In this document: positions 17,803 through 27,021 of the stretch, in pieces
Position numbering within the stretch: position 1 is the stretch's first letter
Layout of the letters: the number at the start of each line of letters is the position of its first letter
Virus record (IMG/VR): IMGVR_UViG_3300028593_000003
Length of the DNA stretch: 64,000 bases
Direction: 5' to 3' (one strand)
Source of the DNA: a virus
Taxonomy: Duplodnaviria; Caudoviricetes
Notes under the pieces: model-generated
Told to the model about the DNA's origin: nothing
Database searches by the model: none
What the model saw: the letters and a program-made list of their open reading frames with translations, nothing else
Translations under genes and position numbers: made by a program

Positions 17803-18642
17803 TCAATTCAAGTTTATCGGGTTTCCAGTAATATTACAGGAGCCCGTGACATTTATATTACAATTCCCACTTACTGTTATTTGAAGATTACCACTAACGG
17901 TTGTTTGCTGATTTGACTGATATCCCTCAGTCACATTTCCCGTAACTGTTTCACTCTTGTCAGATTGAAAATTTTCTGTTACATCGCCCACAACTGTCTC
18001 ATTCTTGTTACCGTTTATATTTATGGTTTCGTTCTCTTCTATAGTCTTGGTTCGATTTTTAACACCATATATTTCTATATTACCTTCGTTATCTATAATA
18101 AAATATGTGCCGGCATTATGATATATTCTAATTCTCTTATTATCCGGTGTAGAATCTACCTCTATTATATGCCCTCCGTGGACATGAAGAACAATATTGT
18201 GAGGATATTGTCCTAATCCCTTGTCATAATCTGGCCCTGTTTTATCCGGATAGGCACCGGCCGGGTCAACAAAGCCCCGTAAGGTATCTGCTGGTGGTGA
18301 TGATGATCCGCCAGGCACAGTACCAAAATATCTCGGTTGTAGAATATTTCCGTTCTCAAAAAATACCATAACATGAGAACCTTGTAGTGGAACCCCCCAT
18401 ACGCCATAATTCGATATTGAGCCCTCAATCAATCCATATATGGGTTCTGCCCAAAGAAGCTCCTCGGTAGGAACCCCCTCAAGAACATCCTTGGTTTTCT
18501 GTGATGTATGAATACCAAATATCCTTACTCTACATCTTCCGGCCTGTTCCGGATCATTATTATCCTCCACCACCCCACGATAAATTCCAAACAATTTATC
18601 TTTGGGTAAAGTCATATCCGTATATTCATTCTTTATTATCAT
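17803..18642 (-). CDS. gp5: Baseplate central spike (gp5-like, no lysozyme domain)
   Basis: OB-fold GVVEDNNDPEQAGRCRVRIFGIH, YPHN...GHIIEVD, and VxG beta-helix repeats. Confidence 0.9.
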   Translation of the reverse strand: MIIKNEYTDMTLPKDKLFGIYRGVVEDNNDPEQAGRCRVRIFGIHTSQKTKDVLEGVPTEELLWAEPIYGLIEGSISNYGVWGVPLQGSHVMVFFENGNILQPRYFGTVPGGSSSPPADTLRGFVDPAGAYPDKTGPDYDKGLGQYPHNIVLHVHGGHIIEVDSTPDNKRIRIYHNAGTYFIIDNEGNIEIYGVKNRTKTIEENETININGNKNETVVGDVTENFQSDKSETVTGNVTEGYQSNQQTTVSGNLQITVSGNCNINVTGSCNITGNPINLN

Positions 18643-19910
18643 CTTATATTACCCATTTTCTGTGTCTTTGTTTCAAGATTTACCTTTACAGCGCTATATA
18701 AATCTCGTATTTTCGAATCTGTATAGGCTGTTTTCAATAAAACGAGAAGTTGTTTGTAAAAAGGTAGTGTTCTTCCACTAAACTGATGTGTCACAGATTT
18801 TACAAGATATTTTCCTTCAAATGCCCTATTAGTGACCTCTTCTTTCAATGTACTTGGCCATATAATATCTACCATCATACCCGCATATCTCCTTTCGTGA
18901 CCAATGACTGTCATCAAAACTTCGTGCTCTTTAACATATCTCTTGATAGCATCACTATATGCCATATTTTCCAGTAGAATAATATCACTATCCCCCTCAA
19001 GATCAAATCTCGTGGCTGTATCACTAATATTATAAAAAAATGTCTTTTTTCCAAGTAGAGTAAATTTCTTAATCATATCTTCATATGTATAAGGTTTATC
19101 AATAAAACTTTTGGTTGCGAAATCATATCCAAGCTTATGACCGCCTTTTATACCTATCATAGATTGATAATCTATTCCACTTATAGTAAAACCTAATATT
19201 TTATTGAGGCTATTGTCTGCCGAGGTACTAAAATAATATCTTTGAGGTTTTCCGTCAAACCCCCTTTCCAATTCTGTTTGTTTTAATAGTTTTTCTAATG
19301 TTATAAAATTCAGGCCCCTCTGATTACTATAAAATAGATAGCCGGGGGCCAGAGATTCTAAACTGCTCGCTCTCTTCGAAAGCCATTTTATTGCCTCCAT
19401 CGGCGTCCAATAAGGCATATAAAAATTTGATAAACTTTCCTTTGTTTCCTCAAAATTTATAAAAGAACTATCTGTAAATAGCATAAAATCCGAAATGTGT
19501 TTGATGATATCAGATATTTTTTTATCAATGAAAGATAAACTATATCTCCTTTGTATCAAACTTATAAACATCGGTTCCACAAAATAAATTTCTATTTGGC
19601 TCATATCATAACTTTCTCTTTGGCCCATAGGAGAAATTTGATTTATAGAATATACCATAAAAGTTTTGGATCTATCTTCATCCAATCCATATGACAATAT
19701 AATGGGTTCGTGACCAACAACGGGTAAAAGCTCGAGGCCTCCGACTTTATCAATAAAAACTAGCTTACCTACCATACAAGCCGAAAAAATATCCTCAATA
19801 AAAGTGAATTCTATAATATCACGGCTATCAATGGTGGCCCTTCCAGCTTTCGTTCCCAATGAAACATTAAAATCACTTTTACCTACTGGTTTTTGTGAGG
19901 TATCAATCAT
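18639..19910 (-). CDS. Baseplate hub protein (gp27-like)
   Basis: IEDIFS, PYWTPMEAIKWL, YLFY, GKYLVKSVTHQF; position upstream of gp5. Confidence 0.75.
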   Translation of the reverse strand: MIDTSQKPVGKSDFNVSLGTKAGRATIDSRDIIEFTFIEDIFSACMVGKLVFIDKVGGLELLPVVGHEPIILSYGLDEDRSKTFMVYSINQISPMGQRESYDMSQIEIYFVEPMFISLIQRRYSLSFIDKKISDIIKHISDFMLFTDSSFINFEETKESLSNFYMPYWTPMEAIKWLSKRASSLESLAPGYLFYSNQRGLNFITLEKLLKQTELERGFDGKPQRYYFSTSADNSLNKILGFTISGIDYQSMIGIKGGHKLGYDFATKSFIDKPYTYEDMIKKFTLLGKKTFFYNISDTATRFDLEGDSDIILLENMAYSDAIKRYVKEHEVLMTVIGHERRYAGMMVDIIWPSTLKEEVTNRAFEGKYLVKSVTHQFSGRTLPFYKQLLVLLKTAYTDSKIRDLYSAVKVNLETKTQKMGNIR

Positions 19911-20287
19911 AATTCCCCAATATCCCTCATTTCTCTCAAAAGAATTGGTATAATACTTGAAACGAGAATTTGTATGTCGTTTTCCTTATCTAATTCCTCA
20001 AATGGATTGACAACTTTATTTGCCAAGGGTGTAACCCACCATAAACCAACTGATTTATAGAGGCTGTGAGAAATTAATTCCCACCAATCGTCCTCTTGAA
20101 CCTCGTAAATCTGATAATACATAACATCTCGAAAAAGGGCATCATTTATATCATATGTTCTAAAGATATTCAGAAATTTTGTTCCATCTTCCTCTTCCAT
20201 AACATTAAAAAGTCGAAGGTAAGAAACATTTGATAATGTGTGCCCAGTTAAATCTTCGAAGGGTTCTGTTACTTTTTTGGATGCCAT
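19907..20287 (-). CDS. gp53: Baseplate wedge LysM-like protein (T4 gp53)
   Basis: YEVQEDDWWELISHSLYKSVGLWWVTPLANKVVNPF. Confidence 0.8.
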   Translation of the reverse strand: MASKKVTEPFEDLTGHTLSNVSYLRLFNVMEEEDGTKFLNIFRTYDINDALFRDVMYYQIYEVQEDDWWELISHSLYKSVGLWWVTPLANKVVNPFEELDKENDIQILVSSIIPILLREMRDIGEL

Positions 20288-20291
20288 TCAG

Positions 20292-21437
20292 TTATATCTC
20301 CCGAAACTTTCGAGCAATTTCTCCCGAAAGTGATCTTTTTATAGTCTTTGCATCTTTTGTTCCTGTTGTTACCAATCCTTTAGTATAAAATGCGCTATCC
20401 CATAATGGAGGTATTTCTGTAAATGAAAGATGAAGCTCACACATTGATGGCTGTCCATCGACATATGGTGCCCTCCAAGTCGGTTGAACAAGAGTTAATG
20501 CAGCATACTCAATTTTCAAGAAATCTATAGGATATGTTTCTATTGTAAAATAGAAAGGAAAATCTATTTCCGATAAATCATTTACCCCCTGTGTTTTTGT
20601 TTTGGTTGGTGACGATAAATATTCCAGAAGTTTTACAGGATAGATAATTTCTTTATACAAATCTGTACCAACATCCGCAAGATAAAAAACAAAGTCATAT
20701 TTTCTTCTTTCAGAATTTTTATAAACTAATGCAGTATCAATCCTTGTTTTTGCGACATCTGCCTGGGATGCGGCTGTGGCCATTCTATGCACAAGCTCCC
20801 CCCATCCTTTTTGATTCTGATCCACGATTGCTTGATATATGGTTTTTAACATCGAATAATAATTACCGCCTTTCCATGCATTTGCAACATCTTGCATCGT
20901 TTTATTTTCCCCGGCTTGCAACCCAATATTATCTATTTCTTTACTCACTCTTGCTGCCCAGGCGGCCTTTTCCGCAATCGTGGCAGCTAAAGATTCATAA
21001 GGGCCCCAATCGTGTGATACTATTTCTTGTAATTCATTCGGTGCTAATAAGAAAAATGTAAACCTTTTGTTTCTTGGTGTAAGTGGTTTATCACTTCTTC
21101 CCCAAGATGCCATACTTTCAATACCTCTGGCCTGTAATTTTATCCATAAATTATTCGTTGTGGAATTGTGTAAAGATGAAGGACACCAAATTGGAGAAAC
21201 ATCGTCTATATCTTCACTTTGAGGCTTGGTTCCTGATGCATCCGCAATAGCATCGTTCTTTTTATTACCCGATTGTGTTGTGGCCCCCCTGTCTTTCTTT
21301 GCACTCTCATCTATTTTCTTTCGGTATTGTCCTTGATTTTTATTCTGGTTACCTGAAAGATCTCCATATACATACTCATAATTAGGATCAAGACGGTTGA
21401 GAGCATCTATAGCGTCATCTACTGCCATATTTATCAT
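20292..21437 (-). CDS. Baseplate/tail tube junction protein (gp48-like)
   Basis: YKNSERRKYDFVFYL and DGQPSMCELHLSFTEI. Confidence 0.65.
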   Translation of the reverse strand: MINMAVDDAIDALNRLDPNYEYVYGDLSGNQNKNQGQYRKKIDESAKKDRGATTQSGNKKNDAIADASGTKPQSEDIDDVSPIWCPSSLHNSTTNNLWIKLQARGIESMASWGRSDKPLTPRNKRFTFFLLAPNELQEIVSHDWGPYESLAATIAEKAAWAARVSKEIDNIGLQAGENKTMQDVANAWKGGNYYSMLKTIYQAIVDQNQKGWGELVHRMATAASQADVAKTRIDTALVYKNSERRKYDFVFYLADVGTDLYKEIIYPVKLLEYLSSPTKTKTQGVNDLSEIDFPFYFTIETYPIDFLKIEYAALTLVQPTWRAPYVDGQPSMCELHLSFTEIPPLWDSAFYTKGLVTTGTKDAKTIKRSLSGEIARKFREI

Positions 21438-21440
21438 CCT

Positions 21441-23819
21441 CTAAACTGTATTTTGTAAAACAATATACCAAGCCACCGGCGTTGACATTAGTGTTGGTAA
21501 TGGGTCGCCAGGTGCACCACCCGGGCCTAATTCATTTTTGTTGACCTGTATTGGTGCAGTATTAAAAGTATTGGAGTTCATACCTACAGGAATCGGCACA
21601 GGCCCTTGTTGTTGTAATCCTCCCGTCGTGAGGGAAGCACTTAACTTATTTAATAACATTTCCTGACTTTCCAGATTTCTCAATCCATTACCTATTTCAC
21701 CTCTAATTGGTGCCCCAAGTTCACCTCTTGTGAGGGGAACTCTTCCACCTCTTTGAAATCCCATCAGAGCTCCGGCACCTAAACCACCAAAAGTAAAATT
21801 ACTTGCGAATTTCATCAGAGTTCCAATTGGGTCGCGAAGCAATGCTGCCATTCCGCCGGGCAAAATACTATTGAGTAAACCGGCCGTTCCTTTCGGTGTT
21901 ACCCACTCACCAACCGAGGCAGCAATAAGTCTATTGTCAATTCCTTTGCCTGGAATGGTTTGCCCACCAGTAATTTTTCCCCCTGTCTGCGCTCCAGCAA
22001 TTTGACCTCTAAATCCCTCCTGCTTCATCATTCTTTTTGCCAAATCATTTATTTCGGAATCGGACAAATCAGCAACTTTTCTATTTGATAGATGTGGGGC
22101 TACTCCACCACCATATCCACCACCACTCCATTGTTTCAATCGTTCATCGACAGTTTTACTGCCACTTTTAGTTTTTAATGCCTCTTTCATTGCAGCAAAA
22201 CCGGCTTCTGGTGTTGGAAATTGCAGAAATGTACCACCGTCTGCTGCCTTAACACCACTATTTGTCGCGCCATATTTTTGTTTCAGATAATCGGTAAAAT
22301 CTGTTCCCTGATCTTTTATATTGCCTGGATTATTCAATCTTTCCGCTACATTAAGTTTTCCTCTTGCTCCAGTTGTTCCTGCAGGCCCGGCGGGCCCTGT
22401 TCCTACACCTTTTGTTCCTACACCTTCTGTTCCCATACCTCGCTTTTGTTTCATTTTTTCGAGTATTTTTTTTCTATATTCAGGATCTTCTCTTATGCGT
22501 CTATGTTCTTCTTCTTCAATGGGCTTTCTTCTTTTTTTCTCCTCCTCCTCAATGTCTTTTAATCTTTTTTCCATAGCCCTTCGGGCAGGAGTTGCCAAGC
22601 CAAAGCTCGCGATGTCTAAACCATATTCTAATGCTTTATCTTTGATAGTTTTCAGAACAAGATCAAATAGATTTCTAAATTTCTCAACTACCCAATCTGT
22701 AAAAATTTCCCAATCCTTTTGAAATTCGGGATCTTTAATAAGATTTTGTATCAGGGCCCCGGCACCCAAAGCAAGTAAACCAATAGCAACGGGAAGAAGT
22801 AGCGGGGCCAGCATTGTCATAAAAGAGCCCATAAGCCCCGCAATTGCACCAATAAAAAAGGGCATCATCCATTTCATAGCATTCCACATACCACCCAGAG
22901 CGCTTCTACTTATTTTTGCGAATGGCTTCGTAAGCCATTTTCCGATACCTTTTGTTTTCTGCCATAACCAGAATTTCGCGGCCTCTAATTTCATCTGAAG
23001 CCAATATTTTGCCCTATCTTTTTTATCCTTTACCCAACCTATAATTTTTTCTTTGGCTTCTCTTTTCTTTTGATATACCCATTCTTTACCGGCCTGATAC
23101 AGCCAATTTTTAATTTTGAACAGAGCGGTCAACCCCTTTAGAGATTTGAATATTTTCTGGAATGGTAAAATTATTATTTTTTTGAACTGCAAACCAACTT
23201 TATCAAAGAATTTTTTAATCGGGGCCATAGAGTATAAACTTTTGGCTATTTTCCATAAAGCCTCACCTACACCAATCGCCGCATTTTTAAGAGTGACAAG
23301 AGAATCTCTTGCCAAATCAAAAATTGGTGCCATATCTCCCAATATATCGTGAAGCTGTGATTCAAAAAAACCCGTGATCCTGCCTATTCCTTCTCTTATT
23401 GTGGAAAGAACTTTAAGGTTCCAAAAACCATACCAAGCTTTTAAAAATGTTCGGCCCCAAAATCTCTGTAAGAGCCATTTCTCGACCTTTTCTCTTACTG
23501 TTACTGTTCTTCGTAGTTCTTTATAATATCTTTCAAGTTCCGCTTTTCTTTTTTTATCTTCCTTTTTTTCTTCATCTGTTCTATATTTTTTATCTAATTT
23601 TTTTGTTTCTTCTACTTTTTTCTTTTCTAATTTTTCAAGTTTATCATACAGATCTTCAGGACTTTTTACTCTTTTAGTACCAATGACATCCTTTGGCATA
23701 GACTTCTCTATTTGTTTCTGAAATTTTAGAAGTTCCTTTGATGCGGATGCGGCGAAGGCCTTACTAAATTCTCTAGCAAAGTCTTGCATTTCTTTTGGTA
23801 ATGCTTTGGCTGTAGCCAT
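21441..23819 (-). CDS. Tape measure protein with a lysozyme-like domain
   Basis: Helical region with periodic W/F residues, a hydrophobic segment, and RLNNPGNIK...FPTPEAGFAAM. Lies downstream of the chaperone genes. Confidence 0.7.
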   Translation of the reverse strand: MATAKALPKEMQDFAREFSKAFAASASKELLKFQKQIEKSMPKDVIGTKRVKSPEDLYDKLEKLEKKKVEETKKLDKKYRTDEEKKEDKKRKAELERYYKELRRTVTVREKVEKWLLQRFWGRTFLKAWYGFWNLKVLSTIREGIGRITGFFESQLHDILGDMAPIFDLARDSLVTLKNAAIGVGEALWKIAKSLYSMAPIKKFFDKVGLQFKKIIILPFQKIFKSLKGLTALFKIKNWLYQAGKEWVYQKKREAKEKIIGWVKDKKDRAKYWLQMKLEAAKFWLWQKTKGIGKWLTKPFAKISRSALGGMWNAMKWMMPFFIGAIAGLMGSFMTMLAPLLLPVAIGLLALGAGALIQNLIKDPEFQKDWEIFTDWVVEKFRNLFDLVLKTIKDKALEYGLDIASFGLATPARRAMEKRLKDIEEEEKKRRKPIEEEEHRRIREDPEYRKKILEKMKQKRGMGTEGVGTKGVGTGPAGPAGTTGARGKLNVAERLNNPGNIKDQGTDFTDYLKQKYGATNSGVKAADGGTFLQFPTPEAGFAAMKEALKTKSGSKTVDERLKQWSGGGYGGGVAPHLSNRKVADLSDSEINDLAKRMMKQEGFRGQIAGAQTGGKITGGQTIPGKGIDNRLIAASVGEWVTPKGTAGLLNSILPGGMAALLRDPIGTLMKFASNFTFGGLGAGALMGFQRGGRVPLTRGELGAPIRGEIGNGLRNLESQEMLLNKLSASLTTGGLQQQGPVPIPVGMNSNTFNTAPIQVNKNELGPGGAPGDPLPTLMSTPVAWYIVLQNTV

Positions 23820-23822
23820 ATA

Positions 23823-24020
23823 TTATTTCCCCTGTTTCTGTGTTTTATCTGGTTGTTTCATAGCATCTGCTTTTTGTTTCATATCTTTTATAACGAGATT
23901 GAGAAAGGCCTCCCTTTCAAAATCTGGTAAGAGGTTGCTTTCCTCAATACTTATATTCGCCCGGCTTGCTAAATAATATTGCTCCTCTGTAATAACGTGC
24001 AAGCTCGTGCCACAACACAA
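23823..24020 (-). CDS. gp51-like tail/hub assembly protein, probably reached by -1 frameshift from gp26
   Basis: ISIEESNLLPDFEREAFLNL. Only a TTG start with no RBS; the frame stays open back to a T-TTT-TTC heptamer. Confidence 0.65.
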   Translation of the reverse strand: MCCGTSLHVITEEQYYLASRANISIEESNLLPDFEREAFLNLVIKDMKQKADAMKQPDKTQKQGK

Positions 24021-24028
24021 TGTATAAA

Positions 24029-24889
24029 TTAGAAGAAAAAATCTTCAAGTGGAACATCTCTCTTTGACTTATGATGGCATTGAGGACATTCTATATTAAT
24101 GGAAAAGTCAACACCAAAATCATATTTTTCAAACCATTTTGGTAATTTTACTTCTTCCTGTTCTGTAAGGGCATCCAATAAATAAACTCTATCTTCGATG
24201 CTCAAATCTGTTTCTTCACCGTCCGGTGTAATAATTCCCTTTATTGAAAGGGCGAGAATGGCGGTCATTGTCTGAATAGCCTTCTCGGCATCCGCGGCCT
24301 CTGGATAAGTATTTTTTACCCATTCCATCGCCTGTTTTTGTATTCCTCTCGTAACCAGAGACATTCTCACTTTAATTCTATCATTTACTTCCACAATATC
24401 AGGTTCAGAAATTTCCTTCTCTACTATTTCAGGAGAAATCTCTTCGGTTTTAATTTCTTGGAGAGGTTGAGATTTCTTTTTCTTTTGTGCCGGAGGAGTT
24501 TCCGACCCTTTAACTTTCTTTTTCCCAAAATCAAGAAGCTTTACAGGCATTTCAGAAAGATTTACTGTTTGTAGTGATTGGCTGCCACAACTTGGACATA
24601 TTGTTTGAAATTGATATGTATTCCCCTTCGTAACTTTTCTAATTTCCAGTAATAGAAAAAATCTATCTTGTAAATATAAATCACTTACTTTAAAATCTTC
24701 TCCAATAACACACCCCTCCAGAATTTCATCAAGGGCAGTTTCAATAATTGCCTGATCTTCAGCATTTTCATACATTAATAATTTTTTAATTTGACCTGTT
24801 GTAATTGGTTTGAATTTTACAGTTTTACCGTTTCCTGGCAAAACAGTTTCAAATTCATACACATTGATATACCTTTTAAAATTTGACAT
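24029..24889 (-). CDS. gp26: Baseplate hub/tail assembly chaperone (T4 gp26-like)
   Basis: LPGNGKTVKFKP, DRFFLLLEIRKVTKG, two CxxC pairs, C-terminal LEDFFF. Confidence 0.85.
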   Translation of the reverse strand: MSNFKRYINVYEFETVLPGNGKTVKFKPITTGQIKKLLMYENAEDQAIIETALDEILEGCVIGEDFKVSDLYLQDRFFLLLEIRKVTKGNTYQFQTICPSCGSQSLQTVNLSEMPVKLLDFGKKKVKGSETPPAQKKKKSQPLQEIKTEEISPEIVEKEISEPDIVEVNDRIKVRMSLVTRGIQKQAMEWVKNTYPEAADAEKAIQTMTAILALSIKGIITPDGEETDLSIEDRVYLLDALTEQEEVKLPKWFEKYDFGVDFSINIECPQCHHKSKRDVPLEDFFF

Positions 24890-24899
24890 AAAAACCTCC

Positions 24900-25649
24900 T
24901 TATAGTGGTATCTTCCCTCTTATCGCCTCTATATTCAAGTCCAAAAGACTTCTTCCGCCCCTTTGTAAGAATGTTGCAAGAGCACCGGGTTCTCTCTCCG
25001 TTATTGTATGATATTGATATGAAAAAGTAACATCAAATTGAACCAAATCATTCGTCTGATAATCTAATTGAATTTGTCCAATACTTTTTGGCCAAGCCCC
25101 ATAAAGTTTAAAACAGCAAATTGTGCTCCCAGTATCAAAGCCTAAAAGATGAATATCTTGATCAACCATATAGGAAACTGGTTTACCATAGATATTGGCT
25201 TGTGGATTATGTATTATTTTTTGCCAGGCCCAAAATCTTGTAAGAATTTTTGCATCATTATCAACTATGAATGTCACACTCCAATCCCCATCAGACCTCG
25301 TTGAGGCCATCTTGAATTTCTGGCCAACCCAATAAGTTTGAATTTCTTCCAATGTAGAATCTGGTAATGATGTAGATTTTACAAGATATGGAAAATTTGA
25401 TGTAGAATTATTCAACAAGAAAACATCTGTGGCTGCGCCCAAACCTTCAACCGCACCCTTTTTGAGGATTTCATCCGTGGCCCCACTACTCAAATCCTCT
25501 ATGGTTTTCATACCAGATAATACACCCTCGGCGGCCGCCTTCAAAATATTACCAAAATTTGGGAACTGAAGATTTACATAGAATAAATACTGCCTGGCAC
25601 CACCAAGAAATCTGGATTTATAGGATTGAATATCAATATTAACCTTCAT
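24900..25649 (-). CDS. Tail tube paralog (gp19/gp54-like)
   Basis: GGARQYLFY, LVKSTSLP, WSVTF, GAWPKSIG, FDVTFSY. Confidence 0.8.
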   Translation of the reverse strand: MKVNIDIQSYKSRFLGGARQYLFYVNLQFPNFGNILKAAAEGVLSGMKTIEDLSSGATDEILKKGAVEGLGAATDVFLLNNSTSNFPYLVKSTSLPDSTLEEIQTYWVGQKFKMASTRSDGDWSVTFIVDNDAKILTRFWAWQKIIHNPQANIYGKPVSYMVDQDIHLLGFDTGSTICCFKLYGAWPKSIGQIQLDYQTNDLVQFDVTFSYQYHTITEREPGALATFLQRGGRSLLDLNIEAIRGKIPL

Positions 25650-26344
25650 TTTGTCAACATCCCCGCTACTTTTTCATAACCTCGCTTTATCGCGTCTGAC
25701 AAAGATGTAGACGGTTTTGTTTCCAGTTCCATTTTATAGAAAGAAAAAACCACATTCATTGTCAGAATTTCAGCTGAGGCATAATCAAAGGTAATATTAC
25801 CAACTGATTTCGGCCAGCATTTTCTCAAAACAAAAGATTTTACAATATTTCCTGAATAATCTATCATATGAACCTCTTGGTCTTGCATATACATTCTTGA
25901 TGACGATCTTCCACCATCATTTTTTCCCATTGATGTTCTCTGAATCAGATTTTGCCAGCTATACATTCTTTCGATAATATCACCATTAATATCAACATTC
26001 ATATCAACTGTCCAATCACCATATTTTCTATAACCCGCTATCTTGTAATCAAGGTTCTGCCACGGAATTGGAATTTCATCAAAGGACGCCTCTGGAATAG
26101 ATGTCGCCTTTACCAAATATGGCCATTTATCAAAATCTGAACCCAATCCATATGTTGTAAGAACACTATTGGCTGCTGGCACAAACCACTTCTTCCACCC
26201 ATCTGTACTTGCGGACATAAAAGATGAACCAACTTCCTTAGTGGCCGCGGGTGGCAACTTCAAAAGAATATAAAACAAAAATTGTCTGGCTCCACCAGAA
26301 AATCTTGTCCTATATGTATCAACATCAAATAATATCTCTGGCAT
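25646..26344 (-). CDS. Tail tube paralog (gp19/gp54-like)
   Basis: GGARQFLFY, LVKATSIP, YGDWTV, CWPKSVG. Confidence 0.8.
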   Translation of the reverse strand: MPEILFDVDTYRTRFSGGARQFLFYILLKLPPAATKEVGSSFMSASTDGWKKWFVPAANSVLTTYGLGSDFDKWPYLVKATSIPEASFDEIPIPWQNLDYKIAGYRKYGDWTVDMNVDINGDIIERMYSWQNLIQRTSMGKNDGGRSSSRMYMQDQEVHMIDYSGNIVKSFVLRKCWPKSVGNITFDYASAEILTMNVVFSFYKMELETKPSTSLSDAIKRGYEKVAGMLTK

Positions 26345-26357
26345 CCTTCCTCCAAAT

Positions 26358-26395
26358 AAAAAGGTCTGAAGAGTTCAAGTACCCTTCAGACCTTT
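26358..26395 (-). terminator. Rho-independent terminator after the tail tube gene
   Basis: AAAGGTCTGAAG...CTTCAGACCTTT stem followed by a T-run on the minus strand. Confidence 0.7.
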
Positions 26396-26437
26396 CGATC
26401 CATTAGTTTCTTCACTAAGCGTGGTACGGGTTATAAG

Positions 26438-26445
26438 TATTTATA
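26438..26445 (-). promoter_or_regulatory. T4-type late promoter TATAAATA
   Basis: Exact gp55 consensus in an intergenic region. Confidence 0.55.
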
Positions 26446-26454
26446 TAATACCTA

Positions 26455-27000
26455 TTATCCGAAAGTCACCGTTGCACCGTAACTTACATTATCAGAAATA
26501 TGATATATGTAGGTAAATGTCATATCAAATTGAACAACATCGTTTGCGGAGTAATCAAGTGTGGCAGTTCCAACTGATTTTGGCCAAGCCCCAAAAAGCT
26601 TATACTTCATAATGGGCTTGCCATCGTAACCCAAAAGCTCGAGTTGCTGATCCACCATATAGAGATTTGGTGGTGTATACAAATTCGTTGTTGGATCGTG
26701 AACAAGCTGAGCCCATTGCATAAACATCTGCTGAATTTTTGCATCAATATCTACATTGAAAGTAACTGTCCAATCACCATAGGTATACTTTCCAGCAAAT
26801 TTAAAATCAAAACCTTGCCAGTTTGTCATAATTTCATCAGATGTTGTCTCCGGCAAATTTGTGGCTCTTACAAGATATGTTGCCTTTTCCGTATCTGTTC
26901 CTGCTACACCAGCTGGAAACATTGGTTTGTAGTAGAATAGATATTGTCTTGCTCCACCTTGAAATGATGCCCTATAACTGTCAATATCAAATCTTGGCAT
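26455..27000 (-). CDS. gp19: Tail tube protein (T4 gp19)
   Basis: GGARQYLF, ATNLP, AGKYTYGDWTVT, GAWPKSVG; directly after the sheath gene, with a strong RBS. Confidence 0.92.
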   Translation of the reverse strand: MPRFDIDSYRASFQGGARQYLFYYKPMFPAGVAGTDTEKATYLVRATNLPETTSDEIMTNWQGFDFKFAGKYTYGDWTVTFNVDIDAKIQQMFMQWAQLVHDPTTNLYTPPNLYMVDQQLELLGYDGKPIMKYKLFGAWPKSVGTATLDYSANDVVQFDMTFTYIYHISDNVSYGATVTFG

Positions 27001-27021
27001 TGTTTATTCCTCCAATTATTC

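Noticed and set aside
22380-22435. Collagen-like or tandem repeat in the tape measure (GTEGVGTKGVGTGPAGPAG)
   Set aside because: Too short; an ordinary flexible linker.
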